Part shown: positions 52,632 through 62,853 of the stretch, piece by piece
Layout of the letters: every line of letters starts with the position of its first letter
How positions within the stretch are numbered: the stretch's first letter is position 1
Origin: an uncultured Spirochaetota bacterium
GTDB taxonomy: Bacteria > Spirochaetota > Spirochaetia > SZUA-6 > Fen-1364
Reading direction: 5' to 3'
Assembly: GCA_963734545.1 (NCBI GenBank)
Contig: CAVTHO010000009.1
Span: 287,968-351,967, forward strand
Length of the DNA: 64,000 bases
Notes under the pieces: generated by a model
The model's input: only the letters and a program-made list of their open reading frames with translations
What the model was told of the DNA's origin: nothing
Database searches by the model: none
Position numbers and translations under genes: made by a program

Positions 52632-53585
52632 CTAGAATAGTTTGGGAATCTCGATCATGCCTGCTTGAACGAGAATGAAGAATAGTATTGCGAACGCACC
52701 AAGAATCCTATTGAACAACCTTGCTCGGCTGAATATCAAGCTGCCGACGCGGACAGGGACCACCCCTACAAAGACTAGCAGAATGACTCGAACGACTCCA
52801 AAGGTCGCTATTTCTGTTTGGTTCTCGGCAATTATCTCTAGTACGTCGATCCCGACAAAGCCCACTATCATCAGAACCGATACGACGACGATCGTTGCCG
52901 CATTCATTCTTGGACCGATACGCAGACGGCGGAAAAGCAACTTGTCTAGTAAGTATGCCAAGAGAAGCGCAACGACTATTGAGAGGACTGCCGCTATTGC
53001 CTTTGCCCCGATCGAAACACGCATAGCTGTTGCGACGTACTCGGCAGGGAAGACAAGCACAATAGTGAGTACGAGATAAGGGATATATGAAAGTGATCGC
53101 GAAAAGATGTTGCTTTTTGGGGGCCGATAGCTTGGGTCTTCAGAGCGCCGCCTCTCGATTCCATAGTCAAGCCCCAGTGCGAATCCGAAGAACAACGCTT
53201 GCACAATGAGCAATGGCCCGCTAATCACAGGCAGCTTGAGAACGCGAAAGAGAAGGACTGCCGAGAGCACAAATGTGATAATCATGACACCGGAAAAAGA
53301 AGTCAGTTCAACCGATCGTTGGAGAATCTCCTGAGGCTGCCGCTTGCCAGCGTATATCACCGTTGCGCAGTACATCTGCGAGACATACAGGGCAATTCCG
53401 AAATAGATCAGAAAGAGTAGACCCATATGCAGCAGTTGCGATAGGAAGGTACCGCTTTGCGGAGCAAAAAGCTCAAGCTTGAACTCTATTGGAATGGTGA
53501 TCGTTGAGGCCAGCAGGAATATGTCAACTAACATGTCGACCACGCTGAAGCGGTTAGTTGACCTGTACTTTTCTATTTCACTCAT
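52632..53585 (-). CDS. Hypothetical polytopic membrane protein (gene cassette)
   Basis: About nine hydrophobic segments. Starts just after the attC R' box, AGGTGG RBS. Confidence 0.8.
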   Translation of the reverse strand: MSEIEKYRSTNRFSVVDMLVDIFLLASTITIPIEFKLELFAPQSGTFLSQLLHMGLLFLIYFGIALYVSQMYCATVIYAGKRQPQEILQRSVELTSFSGVMIITFVLSAVLLFRVLKLPVISGPLLIVQALFFGFALGLDYGIERRRSEDPSYRPPKSNIFSRSLSYIPYLVLTIVLVFPAEYVATAMRVSIGAKAIAAVLSIVVALLLAYLLDKLLFRRLRIGPRMNAATIVVVSVLMIVGFVGIDVLEIIAENQTEIATFGVVRVILLVFVGVVPVRVGSLIFSRARLFNRILGAFAILFFILVQAGMIEIPKLF

Positions 53586-53604
53586 ACGCGTCACCACCTA
53601 TTGC

Positions 53605-53725
53605 GTCCAACATAGAGTTGAGCTGCGCCGCCGACCAAAAGCCGAACGGCGGAAGTTCAATTTCCGGCTGCAAGTCCCGCTTTTCTAACGTAGCCTTAGG
53701 GGACAATTGCAACGATCTGTTACAA
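53605..53725 (-). repeat. Integron attC site 1 (121 bp)
   Basis: Minus strand TTGTAAC-AGATC-GTTGCAAT...GCTCAAC-TCTAT-GTTGGAC. Confidence 0.85.
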
Positions 53726-53814
53726 CCAATTGTAACGCGCATCCAGAAAGTGTATGAATGCGCCGTGGCCAGTCATACCGGGGGTTGAAAAACTACACGA
53801 GGAGTTTTCAAAAG

Positions 53815-55893
53815 ATGCGCTTACTCCGTACGTCCATCAGGTCGATGCGTTTCCTTGTGCTCGCCAGTGCCGTCTGTGTGCTTGCTGCCTGCGCGGCAAA
53901 GCCCCAGATGCAGGCGGCGGAGGTGGTGACCGGGCCGTATGTCTTTGCCTACCGGGAGGTTACAGGCGACTACGCGGGGAACGCTCCAGTGTACGAGGAG
54001 CTAAGGGCAGGTCTTCAGGCGCACGACATCAACCCACGCCGTGCCATCGGCATCTTTCTGGATGATCCCTCAGTGGTACCCGCTGCAAAGCTTCGGAGCA
54101 TCTGCGGCGTCATCATAGAAGAAGAGGACTGGGGGAGAATAAAAGGCCTCAACGGGCAGTTTGACATCCAGCACATAACCCGGGCGCGCAGGTTTATGGC
54201 GGAGGAAAAGCCGGAAGACGACCATCAGGGAGGCGGGAAGAATATCCAGTGGTATCCGGCTCTCGCACAATGCGCAAAACAGCAGGGCTTCACGCCCCTC
54301 AACTACTTTGAGATTTATGAAGGTGCCCGGACATTCCACATCATGACAACGAGCGATCCCGCGCCTGCGTACCCGCGGAGGGAGGGCTCGCCCTCTGACG
54401 ATCGGACGTCTGTATGCTGGCCGGATCCGAACTGGCAAACATCAAGCCCGGAAGCCCAGGGCATGAGCTCCAGGCTGCTGGCACAATCCTTGGACCGGCT
54501 GTATGGCTTTGTTGACCCGGACGTGCTCGACAGCTTCTTGATTACCCGGCATGGAAAAATGATCCTTGAGATTTCCACCCCGCCGAACACCCCGGCCACG
54601 CGCCATGAAATGCACTCAGTCACGAAGAGCGTGCTCGGCGCCCTTGTCGGCATCGCGGTCCAGAAGGGGTACATCAAGGCCACGAACGACAGGGTGCTGG
54701 ACTTTTTTCCGGGGGAAGAGATCCCTAACATGAGTGCCCAAAAGCGCGCCATGACCGTCGGCAATCTCCTGGACATGTCATCGGGACTGAGCTTTGAAGA
54801 GTCCCCCCGTGGAAGCCAGACGACCGCGGAGGCCCGGATGGTCCGGAGCCAGGATTGGGGGAGGTTCACGCTGGGCCTGCCCGTGGCGGCACCCCCCGGC
54901 ACGCGGTTCAATTATTCCAACGGGGATGCAAATCTCCTCTCCGACGTTCTCTCCCAGGCAACAGGAATGACCGCCTTGGCCTTTGCCAAGCAGGAGCTGT
55001 TCGGCCCGCTTGGCATCACCAACGTCCGGTGGGGCTCCGATCCGCGGGGAACCACGCGGGGCGACGGTGACCTGTTTCTCACCCCGCGGGATGTGGCCAA
55101 GATTGGCTACCTGTTCCTGCGGGACGGGGTGTGGAGGGGGGAGCGGCTGCTGCCCACGGGATGGGCGAGCGACATCCCGGAGTCATCCGTGCGCACCGGC
55201 GTCGGGGCGCCATACTACTCGAGGCTCTGGTGGGTTGATCCCACCAAGACCATCTATTCGGCGTGCGGGGCCGCGGGACAATTCGTCATCGTCATCCCGG
55301 GACAGGACATTGTCGCGGTCTTCACGTCAAAGACGCCGCTCACGTTCGACAACTACTTCGAATACTACAGTTTCATCGAACTGGCGAACGAGCTGATCCT
55401 TCCCGCCGTTGTTTCAGGCGGCGCCCTACCCGAGGACGCTGAGGGCCGTGCGGCGCTGGAGGAACGGATACGGACCATATCAGGTGAGAGGAAGGTTCCT
55501 GTACCCCCGTTGCCCCGGACAGCTCTCCGGATCTCCGGCAGGAGCTGGTCGTTCGATCAGAACCCCATGGCGGTGACAACTGCGCGTCTCTCCATGAGAG
55601 CGGGAGAAGCTGTCTTTGACCTAAGGTATGGAAACACGACGATTTCTTTGCCCATTGGCCTTGACGGCGTTTATAGAACGAGTCAGTGGTACGACTACGG
55701 GCTGACTAGGACGGGTGCATCCTACGCTTCCAAGGGCAGGTGGGAGGACGATCATACCTTCACTTTCAACTGGCGGGCGCTCGAAGGCGACCTGAGCGGA
55801 GAGTTCACGCTTGTCTTTGCTGGGGACCGGCTGGACCTCACGGCCGACTATTCCGATCGGTTCACATGGTCATGTGCGATTGAAGGGCATTAA
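53815..55893 (+). CDS. Lipoprotein: GyrI-like ligand-binding domain fused to a beta-lactamase-fold serine hydrolase
   Basis: Lipobox LAAC. GIFLDDP....KLRSICG (GyrI-like), then HSVTKS (SxxK), LLDMSSG, FNYSN and ACGAAGQ. Inverted relative to the array. Confidence 0.85.
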   Translation: MRLLRTSIRSMRFLVLASAVCVLAACAAKPQMQAAEVVTGPYVFAYREVTGDYAGNAPVYEELRAGLQAHDINPRRAIGIFLDDPSVVPAAKLRSICGVIIEEEDWGRIKGLNGQFDIQHITRARRFMAEEKPEDDHQGGGKNIQWYPALAQCAKQQGFTPLNYFEIYEGARTFHIMTTSDPAPAYPRREGSPSDDRTSVCWPDPNWQTSSPEAQGMSSRLLAQSLDRLYGFVDPDVLDSFLITRHGKMILEISTPPNTPATRHEMHSVTKSVLGALVGIAVQKGYIKATNDRVLDFFPGEEIPNMSAQKRAMTVGNLLDMSSGLSFEESPRGSQTTAEARMVRSQDWGRFTLGLPVAAPPGTRFNYSNGDANLLSDVLSQATGMTALAFAKQELFGPLGITNVRWGSDPRGTTRGDGDLFLTPRDVAKIGYLFLRDGVWRGERLLPTGWASDIPESSVRTGVGAPYYSRLWWVDPTKTIYSACGAAGQFVIVIPGQDIVAVFTSKTPLTFDNYFEYYSFIELANELILPAVVSGGALPEDAEGRAALEERIRTISGERKVPVPPLPRTALRISGRSWSFDQNPMAVTTARLSMRAGEAVFDLRYGNTTISLPIGLDGVYRTSQWYDYGLTRTGASYASKGRWEDDHTFTFNWRALEGDLSGEFTLVFAGDRLDLTADYSDRFTWSCAIEGH

Positions 55894-55977
55894 GCGGCTC
55901 AAGCATCACTTGGTGGCGCCAAATCCTCAAAAGGCTGCAAATGCCGGTATATGATCCAGGAGATCATCTTGAATTGC

Positions 55978-56094
55978 GCATAACATAGAGTTCAGTTGCC
56001 CCGCCGCATCAACGCGGTAGTGCAAAGAATTGCCAGGCTGCATGCACAGTTCCATACAGCCTTTTGGGGGACTAACTGCAACGATTTGCTATAG
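55978..56094 (-). repeat. Integron attC site 2 (117 bp, degenerate R'')
   Basis: Minus strand CTATAGC-AAATC-GTTGCAGT...GGGGCAACTGAAC-TCTAT-GTTATGC. Confidence 0.85.
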
Positions 56095-56100
56095 CGCGTC

Positions 56101-56389
56101 CTTTTAGCTTGGGGTTCTCGCATATTGGGTTGGCCCCCTTCCCAAGGTTGTAGTCCACGCATGCGGTTCTGAGGTTCAGTAGTTCCGTATTTCAGCCAAA
56201 TGTCCAAGGCTTGAAGTGATCCACATGTAATCTGACCTCAGCCGGCTTCCTTCCGCAATAAGTGCAAGCAAAGCCGTCTCTCTTGAAACCAAGAACCGCA
56301 TTGAGGCGGAAATAGTTCTGGCTGCCTTCGACTCGTGCTTGACAGACTTTGCTGACGCTTGGCCACTGACAGCCGCAGTTCTCGGCCAT
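56101..56389 (-). pseudogene. HNH endonuclease with an in-frame stop
   Basis: RDGFACTYCG...HVDHFKPWTFG*NTELLNLRTACVDYNLGKG. The TGA at 56192-56194 sits where a Gly is expected. Confidence 0.72.
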
Positions 56390-56564
56390 ATGTTGTAAAA
56401 ACCGGCACTCGACCTTTCAGACAGCAAGAAAAGTGGGCACGGGTTCGGACACAAAACGCGCTCAGGCCAACAAGGTCGAGATAGCCATGATTACCTTACA
56501 TTGTTTCCGTGGCTGTTGCGCGGCCCCAGGGAAATGTCCACTCCATTAATCTTTTTTCCCCTGT

Positions 56565-57638
56565 TTAGTGCACTTTGCGGATACGCTGGTTCTGCGCGTC
56601 TACAAAATAGACGTCGCCCGCGGAGTCCACCGCAACACCCATTAGCGTGGAAAGCTTGGCGGAAAGCGCCGGAATATTGTCTCCATTGTAGCCATAGTCA
56701 CCGTTGCCCGCCACCGTTGTAATGATGCCGGCAGTGCTCACTTTTCGGATGCGACCGTTGTTCACATCTGCGAAGTAGAAGTTCCCCCCGGAATCCACCG
56801 CAAGACCAACGGGGTCCGAAAGCTCAGCGGAGGTAGCAGGTCCCCCTTCGGCCAGTCCGTTTGATCCGCCTCCAGCCACAGTCGTAATGATACCTGAGGT
56901 GTCAACCCTGCGGATGCGGTCGTTGCTTTCATCGTCGATGTAAATGTTGCCCGTCGAATCCACCGCAACGCCGCTAGGATTGCCAAGCTCTGCGGAAGTA
57001 GCAGGCCCTCCGTCCCCGCTGAAACCTTTAGTCCCTTTGCCTGCTACCGTCGTAATGATGCCCGAGGTGCTCACCTTGCGGATGCGATTGTTCCCACCGT
57101 CAGCTATATAGATATTGCCCGCGGAGTCCAGCGCAACGCCACTCATGAAACCAAGCTCTGCGGAAGTAGCTAGCCCTCCGTCCCCGCTGAAACCCTTAGT
57201 CCCCTTGCCTGCTACCGTCGTAATGATGCCCGATGTGCTCACCTTGCGGACACGATAGTTTCTTCCGTCTGCAATATAGAGGTTTCCCGAGGGATCAAGG
57301 GCAACGCCCCATGGGTAGAGCTCAGCTGAGGTAGCGGCACCCTCGTCACCGCTAAAGCCTTCTGTTCCTTTGCCTGCGACCGTCGTAATGATGCCCGATA
57401 TGCTCACCTTGCGAATTCTCCAGTTGTTGGTGTCAGCAATATAGAGGTTTCCCGATGCATCAAATGCAATACCATGAGCGTCAAAAATCCTAGCGGAGGT
57501 AGCAGGCCCTCCGTCACCACTGAATCCTTTTTTCCCGTCGCCTGCTACGGTCGTGATAGTCGGACTGTCTGCAAAAGCTGCAAGAAGTACAAAGGAAAGC
57601 AAGAACCCAGAAACGAGCAATGTCTTTGCGGTTTTCAT
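56565..57638 (-). CDS. Secreted NHL-repeat beta-propeller protein
   Basis: Signal peptide, six repeats of ITTVAG.G..GFSGDGGPATSA...GVA.D..GN.YIAD...RIRKV with a DNA period of 165-168 bp. AAGGAGG RBS. Confidence 0.92.
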   Translation of the reverse strand: MKTAKTLLVSGFLLSFVLLAAFADSPTITTVAGDGKKGFSGDGGPATSARIFDAHGIAFDASGNLYIADTNNWRIRKVSISGIITTVAGKGTEGFSGDEGAATSAELYPWGVALDPSGNLYIADGRNYRVRKVSTSGIITTVAGKGTKGFSGDGGLATSAELGFMSGVALDSAGNIYIADGGNNRIRKVSTSGIITTVAGKGTKGFSGDGGPATSAELGNPSGVAVDSTGNIYIDDESNDRIRRVDTSGIITTVAGGGSNGLAEGGPATSAELSDPVGLAVDSGGNFYFADVNNGRIRKVSTAGIITTVAGNGDYGYNGDNIPALSAKLSTLMGVAVDSAGDVYFVDAQNQRIRKVH

Positions 57639-58475
57639 GAACTTCCTCCTTCAGACCTTTTTATTGGCGCTGATAGAGGAACAGGCTGCCTGACAGGCCA
57701 TTGGCCATTTTAGCACCGAATGCAATGAAGTCAAGAACAAAGTGCGCCTTACTGCTGCAGAGTGGCAGGAGTGAATAGCACCATGCCTCCACCGGCGGAG
57801 CGCCTTCTCATAATCACGAGAAGATGCACGTCCAAGATTCCCAACCCTTTTCCTTGATGCTGCACGAGAACTGCTCAAGCCTTTTCCAGTCATTCTCCTG
57901 AACAAGGACGCATTCATATCGCGCTATCTGATCTGACAGCCTGAAACGGTGGAGCATGTGGAGCCTCATTCCTCGGTTGATGGCGGGAAGTAATACCCCC
58001 CTTATAAGTGCGCCTAGTTCTTAGGGGTAACCTTGATTCCTTCTCGTGCCTGTCAGAAGTCCAAAATCTCTCATAGCAAGAGCGCAAGATCGAACTCTGT
58101 TTACTACATATACGTGTTCTTTTTCTATGCCGTCCAGAACCACGTCAAGCCGCTCTTCCCTGTAAGGGAAGATCGACACTCCGAAGAAATACGGCGGCAA
58201 GTGCCTTGCCAACAATTGGTCCTCATGACCATTTCATCCACACAGTTTCGCCAATCTCGATTCTGTTCCATCGAACTAGCGGACGGTTCGAAGGAGTCTG
58301 GGCAAAGACACCCGCCTCCGGCCTCTGGCTTGTGCCCGCGACATACTCTTCGCGCCTAATGACAACGTACTGCTTCATCTAGTACATGACACCAATAGAC
58401 GCCATTCAATGGTCACCGGAACAGCCGTCTGATAACTCTACAACGCCACTTGATCGCTTTCTCACCCCCGACGCG

Positions 58476-58591
58476 CAATAACATAGAGTTGAGTTGCCGC
58501 CCTGCATCAGAAGCTGAGTCAGCGGCTTGAGGGCTTTATTCTATTTTCTCCGAACGCTGCACAGGCGGTCAACTCCAACGATTTGTTATGC
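58476..58591 (-). repeat. Integron attC site 3 (116 bp)
   Basis: Minus strand GCATAAC-AAATC-GTTGGAGT-TGACCGCC...GGCGGCA-ACTCAAC-TCTAT-GTTATTG. Confidence 0.88.
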
Positions 58592-58599
58592 GCGACTTT

Positions 58600-59948
58600 T
58601 GTACAATCCAAGGACATGGGTAACACTTTATTCTAAAGACATAGGTAACACCCTTGGAGTCAGCTCCGCACGGGTCTGACTCGTTGGCACTCTCGAGATA
58701 ATATCCACGATCCTGTTGGTCCGCAATTCGTAGCGGCCAATCTGGTAGAAGCAGAAATACAGGTCATAGATTCCGTCGTCTACTTCCTCCAGGCCCACGT
58801 ATTCTTCGTTCAGCGTTTGTGTCACGAAGACTTGGTTGTGAAAGACGCGGATCGTGCCGCAACGACTCACGCGCCGAACCAGGTAGTGTCCCGGATAGTC
58901 GTAGGTGCCAACGTGCTCGGGCATTTCCCGCGGCGACGACTGATACACGCTGACCGGATCAACCATCCCAAGGGCTTCATGGGGTCGATCGGTGTTGAAC
59001 TCCTCCCGAAACGCATCAAACTTCCGCTGCTGAGCTTTCAGGCTGCTGGCGGGCGGAATAGTGGCCTCTTGCTTGAGAGTTCGATGCATGCGCTCATGGA
59101 TCCCATTCTGTTGAGGCTTCCCAGGCTCAATCAGTTCCGGGTAGACCCCGTACTTGATGTACACTACCTGCAGCGCCGACAGCCGTCCCAACGCGCACGA
59201 GGCAAACGGCACTCCGTTGTCCGTGCGGATCCGATTGGGCAGCCCATACTCGCGGAAAAGCCGCAGAAAAAACGCAATTGTCTGCTCCATCGAGATCGCC
59301 GGGTGTGCCTCACAGCCCAGCAGAAAGCGCGAATACAGGTCGCTCACCGTCAGCGGGAAGCAGTACTGTCCATTCTTCAGTCGGAACTGCCCTTTGTAGT
59401 CAGCCGCCCAGATGTCGTTGGGAGCCGTGGCCGCATCGCTTGGGACAGCCAGGATGCGCCCGACGGTGCCGTCGCTTGGCTTTCACCAGTCCTTGGCGAT
59501 CCAGAATGTGCGCCACGGTCGACTCCGCAGGCAATTCAACAAAGCGGTGTAGCTTGCGCAGTTTCCCCAGGAGCTTCTTCGGGCCCTTCGACGGGGATGC
59601 TTTGCGCAGCGCAACCAGGTCCTCAACTATCCGCTTGTCCGTCTGCCAGGGGCAGCTGTGCGGCCGCCGACTGAGCTCCTCTATCCCCTTCAGCCCTTCC
59701 GCCTTGAAGCGGTTGATCCACTTATGTACGGTTTTGCGCGAAATTCCGAAACGTTCGGCCAGCTCGGTTCTGCTGTAGTAGCCGTCGGCGTAGTCCCGAA
59801 TGAAGTTCTGACGCTGCTCGCTCACGGTAACACCCTCCCACGGCATGGCTGGCACCCTCCTCTTGGAGGAAAGTGTTACCCATGTCCTTAGAATAAGTGT
59901 TACCTATGTCTTTAGAATGTTTTGTAACCTATGTCCTTGGCTCATTCA
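58600..59948 (-). mobile_element. IS481-family insertion sequence (1349 bp)
   Basis: Imperfect IRs TGTACAATCCAAGGACATGGGTAACA / TGAATGAGCCAAGGACATAGGTTACA with repeated subterminal GTTACCYATGTC boxes. Flanked by TTT on both sides. Confidence 0.88.
58628..59846 (-). CDS. IS481-family DDE transposase, one frameshift near 59430
   Basis: MPWE...ELAERFGISRKTVHKWINRF, W.ADYKGQF, IRTDNGVPF and PQQNGIHERMHRTLK. Confidence 0.9.
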
Positions 59949-60002
59949 TTTTTATTCAACATCTCTACTGAGGCTCTTTTCAACATCAGTATTCAGGGGC
60001 TA

Positions 60003-60956
60003 TTAAGCACCAACTTTATTTACTGTTATTGCCACATTTCCCCTCTTATGTCCTAGTTCTACATATCTATGAGCATCAATGATTTGTTCAAAAGGATAAC
60101 ACTTGTCATTAATTGGCGTGATTTTCTTTGCTTCAACAAGTTCTCTTATTCTATTAAGACGTTCTGAGCTTAATACTAAAGGGCCATCGTCAATAGAGAC
60201 GTATTTTCCCTTATTTGCTATTGATACTTTACAAGCCTCTTTGAGCTCAGATGTTTTCCTTTTTCCTACAGAATCTAGTACGAAATCATATACTTCTAGT
60301 TCGGAAATTGATTCTTTTTTGGTGTAATCTATTGTTTTATCTGCCCCAAGTGATTTTACAAAGTGAGTATTCTTCTCACTACACACGCCAGTAACTTCAG
60401 CACCAAGATGTTTAGCGTACTGTATTGCTATTGTGCCAGAGGTCCCAGACGCGCCGTAAATAAGAACTTTCTGTTTCGGTTGAATATTTCCTTTCTCAAG
60501 ATACTGCAATGCCAAGAGCCCACCGTACGCAGCTGAAGTCGCTTCTTCAAAACTGATATTTTTCGGCTTTAATGCAATACATCCTTTTTTTGAATCTATT
60601 TCCTTCATACATTTGTAATCCGCATATGCTCCAAGAGAAAATCCGGTAAGGCCGTATACCTGATCACCGACACGGAAGCGTTTTATCTTTAAGCCTTTCT
60701 GTACGACTTCTCCAGAGAATACTTCCCCAATTATCTCCTTCCTTGGCCTGGTTATACCAATCATTAGTCGCATAGGAATACGAAATTTCAGGGGGATATT
60801 CGAGCCTCGAATAAAAATGTCACTATTTGTGACGGATGTTGCATATATTCTTAACAGAACTTCATCGTCTTTGGGAACAGGATTCTTATGCTCAACAATC
60901 TTTAATACATCTGGTGCACCATACTTAGTGCAAATAACTGCTTTCATTTTGTCCAT
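60003..60956 (-). CDS. MDR-family NAD(P)-dependent oxidoreductase (gene cassette)
   Basis: MKAVICTKYGAPDVL, GASGTSG and GHKRGNVAI motifs. AT-rich. Confidence 0.92.
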   Translation of the reverse strand: MDKMKAVICTKYGAPDVLKIVEHKNPVPKDDEVLLRIYATSVTNSDIFIRGSNIPLKFRIPMRLMIGITRPRKEIIGEVFSGEVVQKGLKIKRFRVGDQVYGLTGFSLGAYADYKCMKEIDSKKGCIALKPKNISFEEATSAAYGGLLALQYLEKGNIQPKQKVLIYGASGTSGTIAIQYAKHLGAEVTGVCSEKNTHFVKSLGADKTIDYTKKESISELEVYDFVLDSVGKRKTSELKEACKVSIANKGKYVSIDDGPLVLSSERLNRIRELVEAKKITPINDKCYPFEQIIDAHRYVELGHKRGNVAITVNKVGA

Positions 60957-61144
60957 CCTTCTTGCGCGTCAAAAGCGTTAACCTCTTGGCGGCCCCTGAT
61001 TCGGCCCATTGGTCCTATTCCCGAGGAACCTCTCTTTACCCCCAAGAGCATATACCTTCCGTGGAAGCGAGTGAAGGCGCTGATCAACACGTCGCCGAGT
61101 AGCTGATCTCTCCAAGTCGTCGCCGAACAAGCGCTCGGAGTCGT

Positions 61145-61260
61145 GCATAACATAGAGTTCAGTAGCGCCGCCGCATCAAGCCGGCTCCATAGGGAATTCC
61201 AAACCGCGCCCTCCGATCCAGGCGTCCTTGATAGGGGACAACTGCAACGATTTGTTACAT
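61145..61260 (-). repeat. Integron attC site 4 (116 bp)
   Basis: Minus strand ATGTAAC-AAATC-GTTGCAGT...ACTGAAC-TCTAT-GTTATGC. Confidence 0.88.
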
Positions 61261-62197
61261 GGCGTGGATTCAACTAGTAAGTGCAACGCTATTTCGAAGA
61301 AATGAGAGAGCTGAGATGTTGTATGCTTCGATTCCTACCACAGAAAGGATGCATACATGAGTACCTATCACCAACTCTCTCAAGAAGAACGATACATCAT
61401 TACGGGCCTCAGGGTAAGTCGCCACTCGAAGGCCGACATCGCCCGGGTGCTTGGTCGATCTCCTAGTACCATCAGCAGGGAACTGATCCGCAATAAGAAG
61501 CTTTGCGATGGCAAGTATCGTGCTGATGAGGCTTATTACAAGAGCATTGCCAGGCGGCGACGCGTGCGCCGTGGTTTTCACCATACTGTGCAACAATGGG
61601 ATCAAGTCGTTCTTCTACTAAAGGAGAAGTGGAGTCCCGAGCAGATCTCCAACTGCTTGAAACTCCATGGATCTTTCACTATTAGCCACGAGACGATCTA
61701 CAAGTACATCCTCCACGACAAAAAGAACGGAGGTACGCTGTTCACATATCTGCGAATCATCCCCAAAGTCCGCAAAAAGCGCTACAACTCCAAGGATTCA
61801 CGCGGAATTCTCCCTGGAAAGCGTCATATTTCAACTCGTCCCTATGAAGTAGAGACACGCAAGGTGCTCGGCCACTGGGAGGGTGATACCGTGATGGGCA
61901 GTGATCTCCACCACTGCATTCTCACCCTCGTAGAAAGAAAGTCAGGCCTTGTCATCATCAAGAAGATGAACTCACGAACAGCTGCTGAGGTCATTCGGGC
62001 AGCCGTTATGGCCATCAAAGAACACGAGGCCCACTTCAAAACACTCACCTTGGACAACGGAACGGAGTTCCAACGAATACGAGATCAGAGGGCAACGCCG
62101 TTGGCCTTTGCCGTTTCAATCAGACTGAGAGCGTCGCGCGGCATGGGCTCACGCGGAGAGCCACTGAAGAGCCAATTCTTTCTGCTCAATCAGAGGA

Positions 62198-62554
62198 TCA
62201 CACTGAAGGGCCGCCTGGGCGGTCCAGTTGCAGAAACGCGGGAATCCAGAAATCAATCCCTTGCAGCAGGAAGCTCAGTTGCTCGCCGCTGATCTCTGCT
62301 GCCTCGGCTTGATTTGTTGGCCAAGGAAACTTGTCCTTCTCCAAGCGCTTCAGCCACAGACAGAAGCCATTCTTGTCCCAGTAGATGATCTTCAGGATTC
62401 GTCTGTGCTTGTTGCAGAAAAGGAATAGGTTCCCTTCAAATGGATCCATGTGAAGCTCCTCGGAGACGATGATCGAAAGCCCGTTGATTTGCTTTCGCAT
62501 GTCAGTGGCTCCAGGCTTCACGAACATCCTGACCTTGGTCCAGTCCAGGATCAT
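62198..62554 (-). CDS. tnpB: IS66 accessory protein TnpB (Orf2), C-terminus disrupted
   Basis: TDMRKQINGL, LFLFCNKHRRILKIIYWDKNGFCLWLKRLE motifs. Confidence 0.9.
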   Translation of the reverse strand: MILDWTKVRMFVKPGATDMRKQINGLSIIVSEELHMDPFEGNLFLFCNKHRRILKIIYWDKNGFCLWLKRLEKDKFPWPTNQAEAAEISGEQLSFLLQGIDFWIPAFLQLDRPGGPSV

Positions 62555-62853
62555 CTCAGGCTCTCCAGAGCCTTGATGAGCTCTCCGAGCAGCGGGACAT
62601 CAAAGCCGTCTCGTATTTCGATGCGGTATCTATCGGCGACGACGAGCTCAAGGCTTTTCTTCACGTTTGGAATCGTTTGGGCCTTCAATTCAACGAGCCC
62701 GTGAGACCTCTCTGCATCGCGAATCCGCGAAAACCAGTAGTCCAAAGTAGATATCTTCAGATGATTCTCTGTACAGAAAGCTCGGCGCGTAGACCCGCTC
62801 TGTTGGAACGCTTTGCGTCGTCTCTTCCAAAGTTCAAGCTTGTCGCACTTCAT
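62551..62853 (-). CDS. tnpA: IS66 accessory protein TnpA (Orf1)
   Basis: W....FQQSGSTRRAFC.......TLDYW HTH. Overlaps the tnpB start. Confidence 0.85.
   Translation of the reverse strand: MKCDKLELWKRRRKAFQQSGSTRRAFCTENHLKISTLDYWFSRIRDAERSHGLVELKAQTIPNVKKSLELVVADRYRIEIRDGFDVPLLGELIKALESLR

Noticed and set aside
56192-56194. In-frame TGA in the HNH ORF as selenocysteine or recoding
   Set aside because: The position corresponds to a Gly of the HNH motif, other motif residues are also degraded, and TGA is a normal stop elsewhere in the window.
59400-59450. Programmed -1 frameshift in the IS transposase, as in IS3
   Set aside because: No slippery A-run motif at the break, and this transposase type is normally a single ORF. 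More likely an error or mutation.
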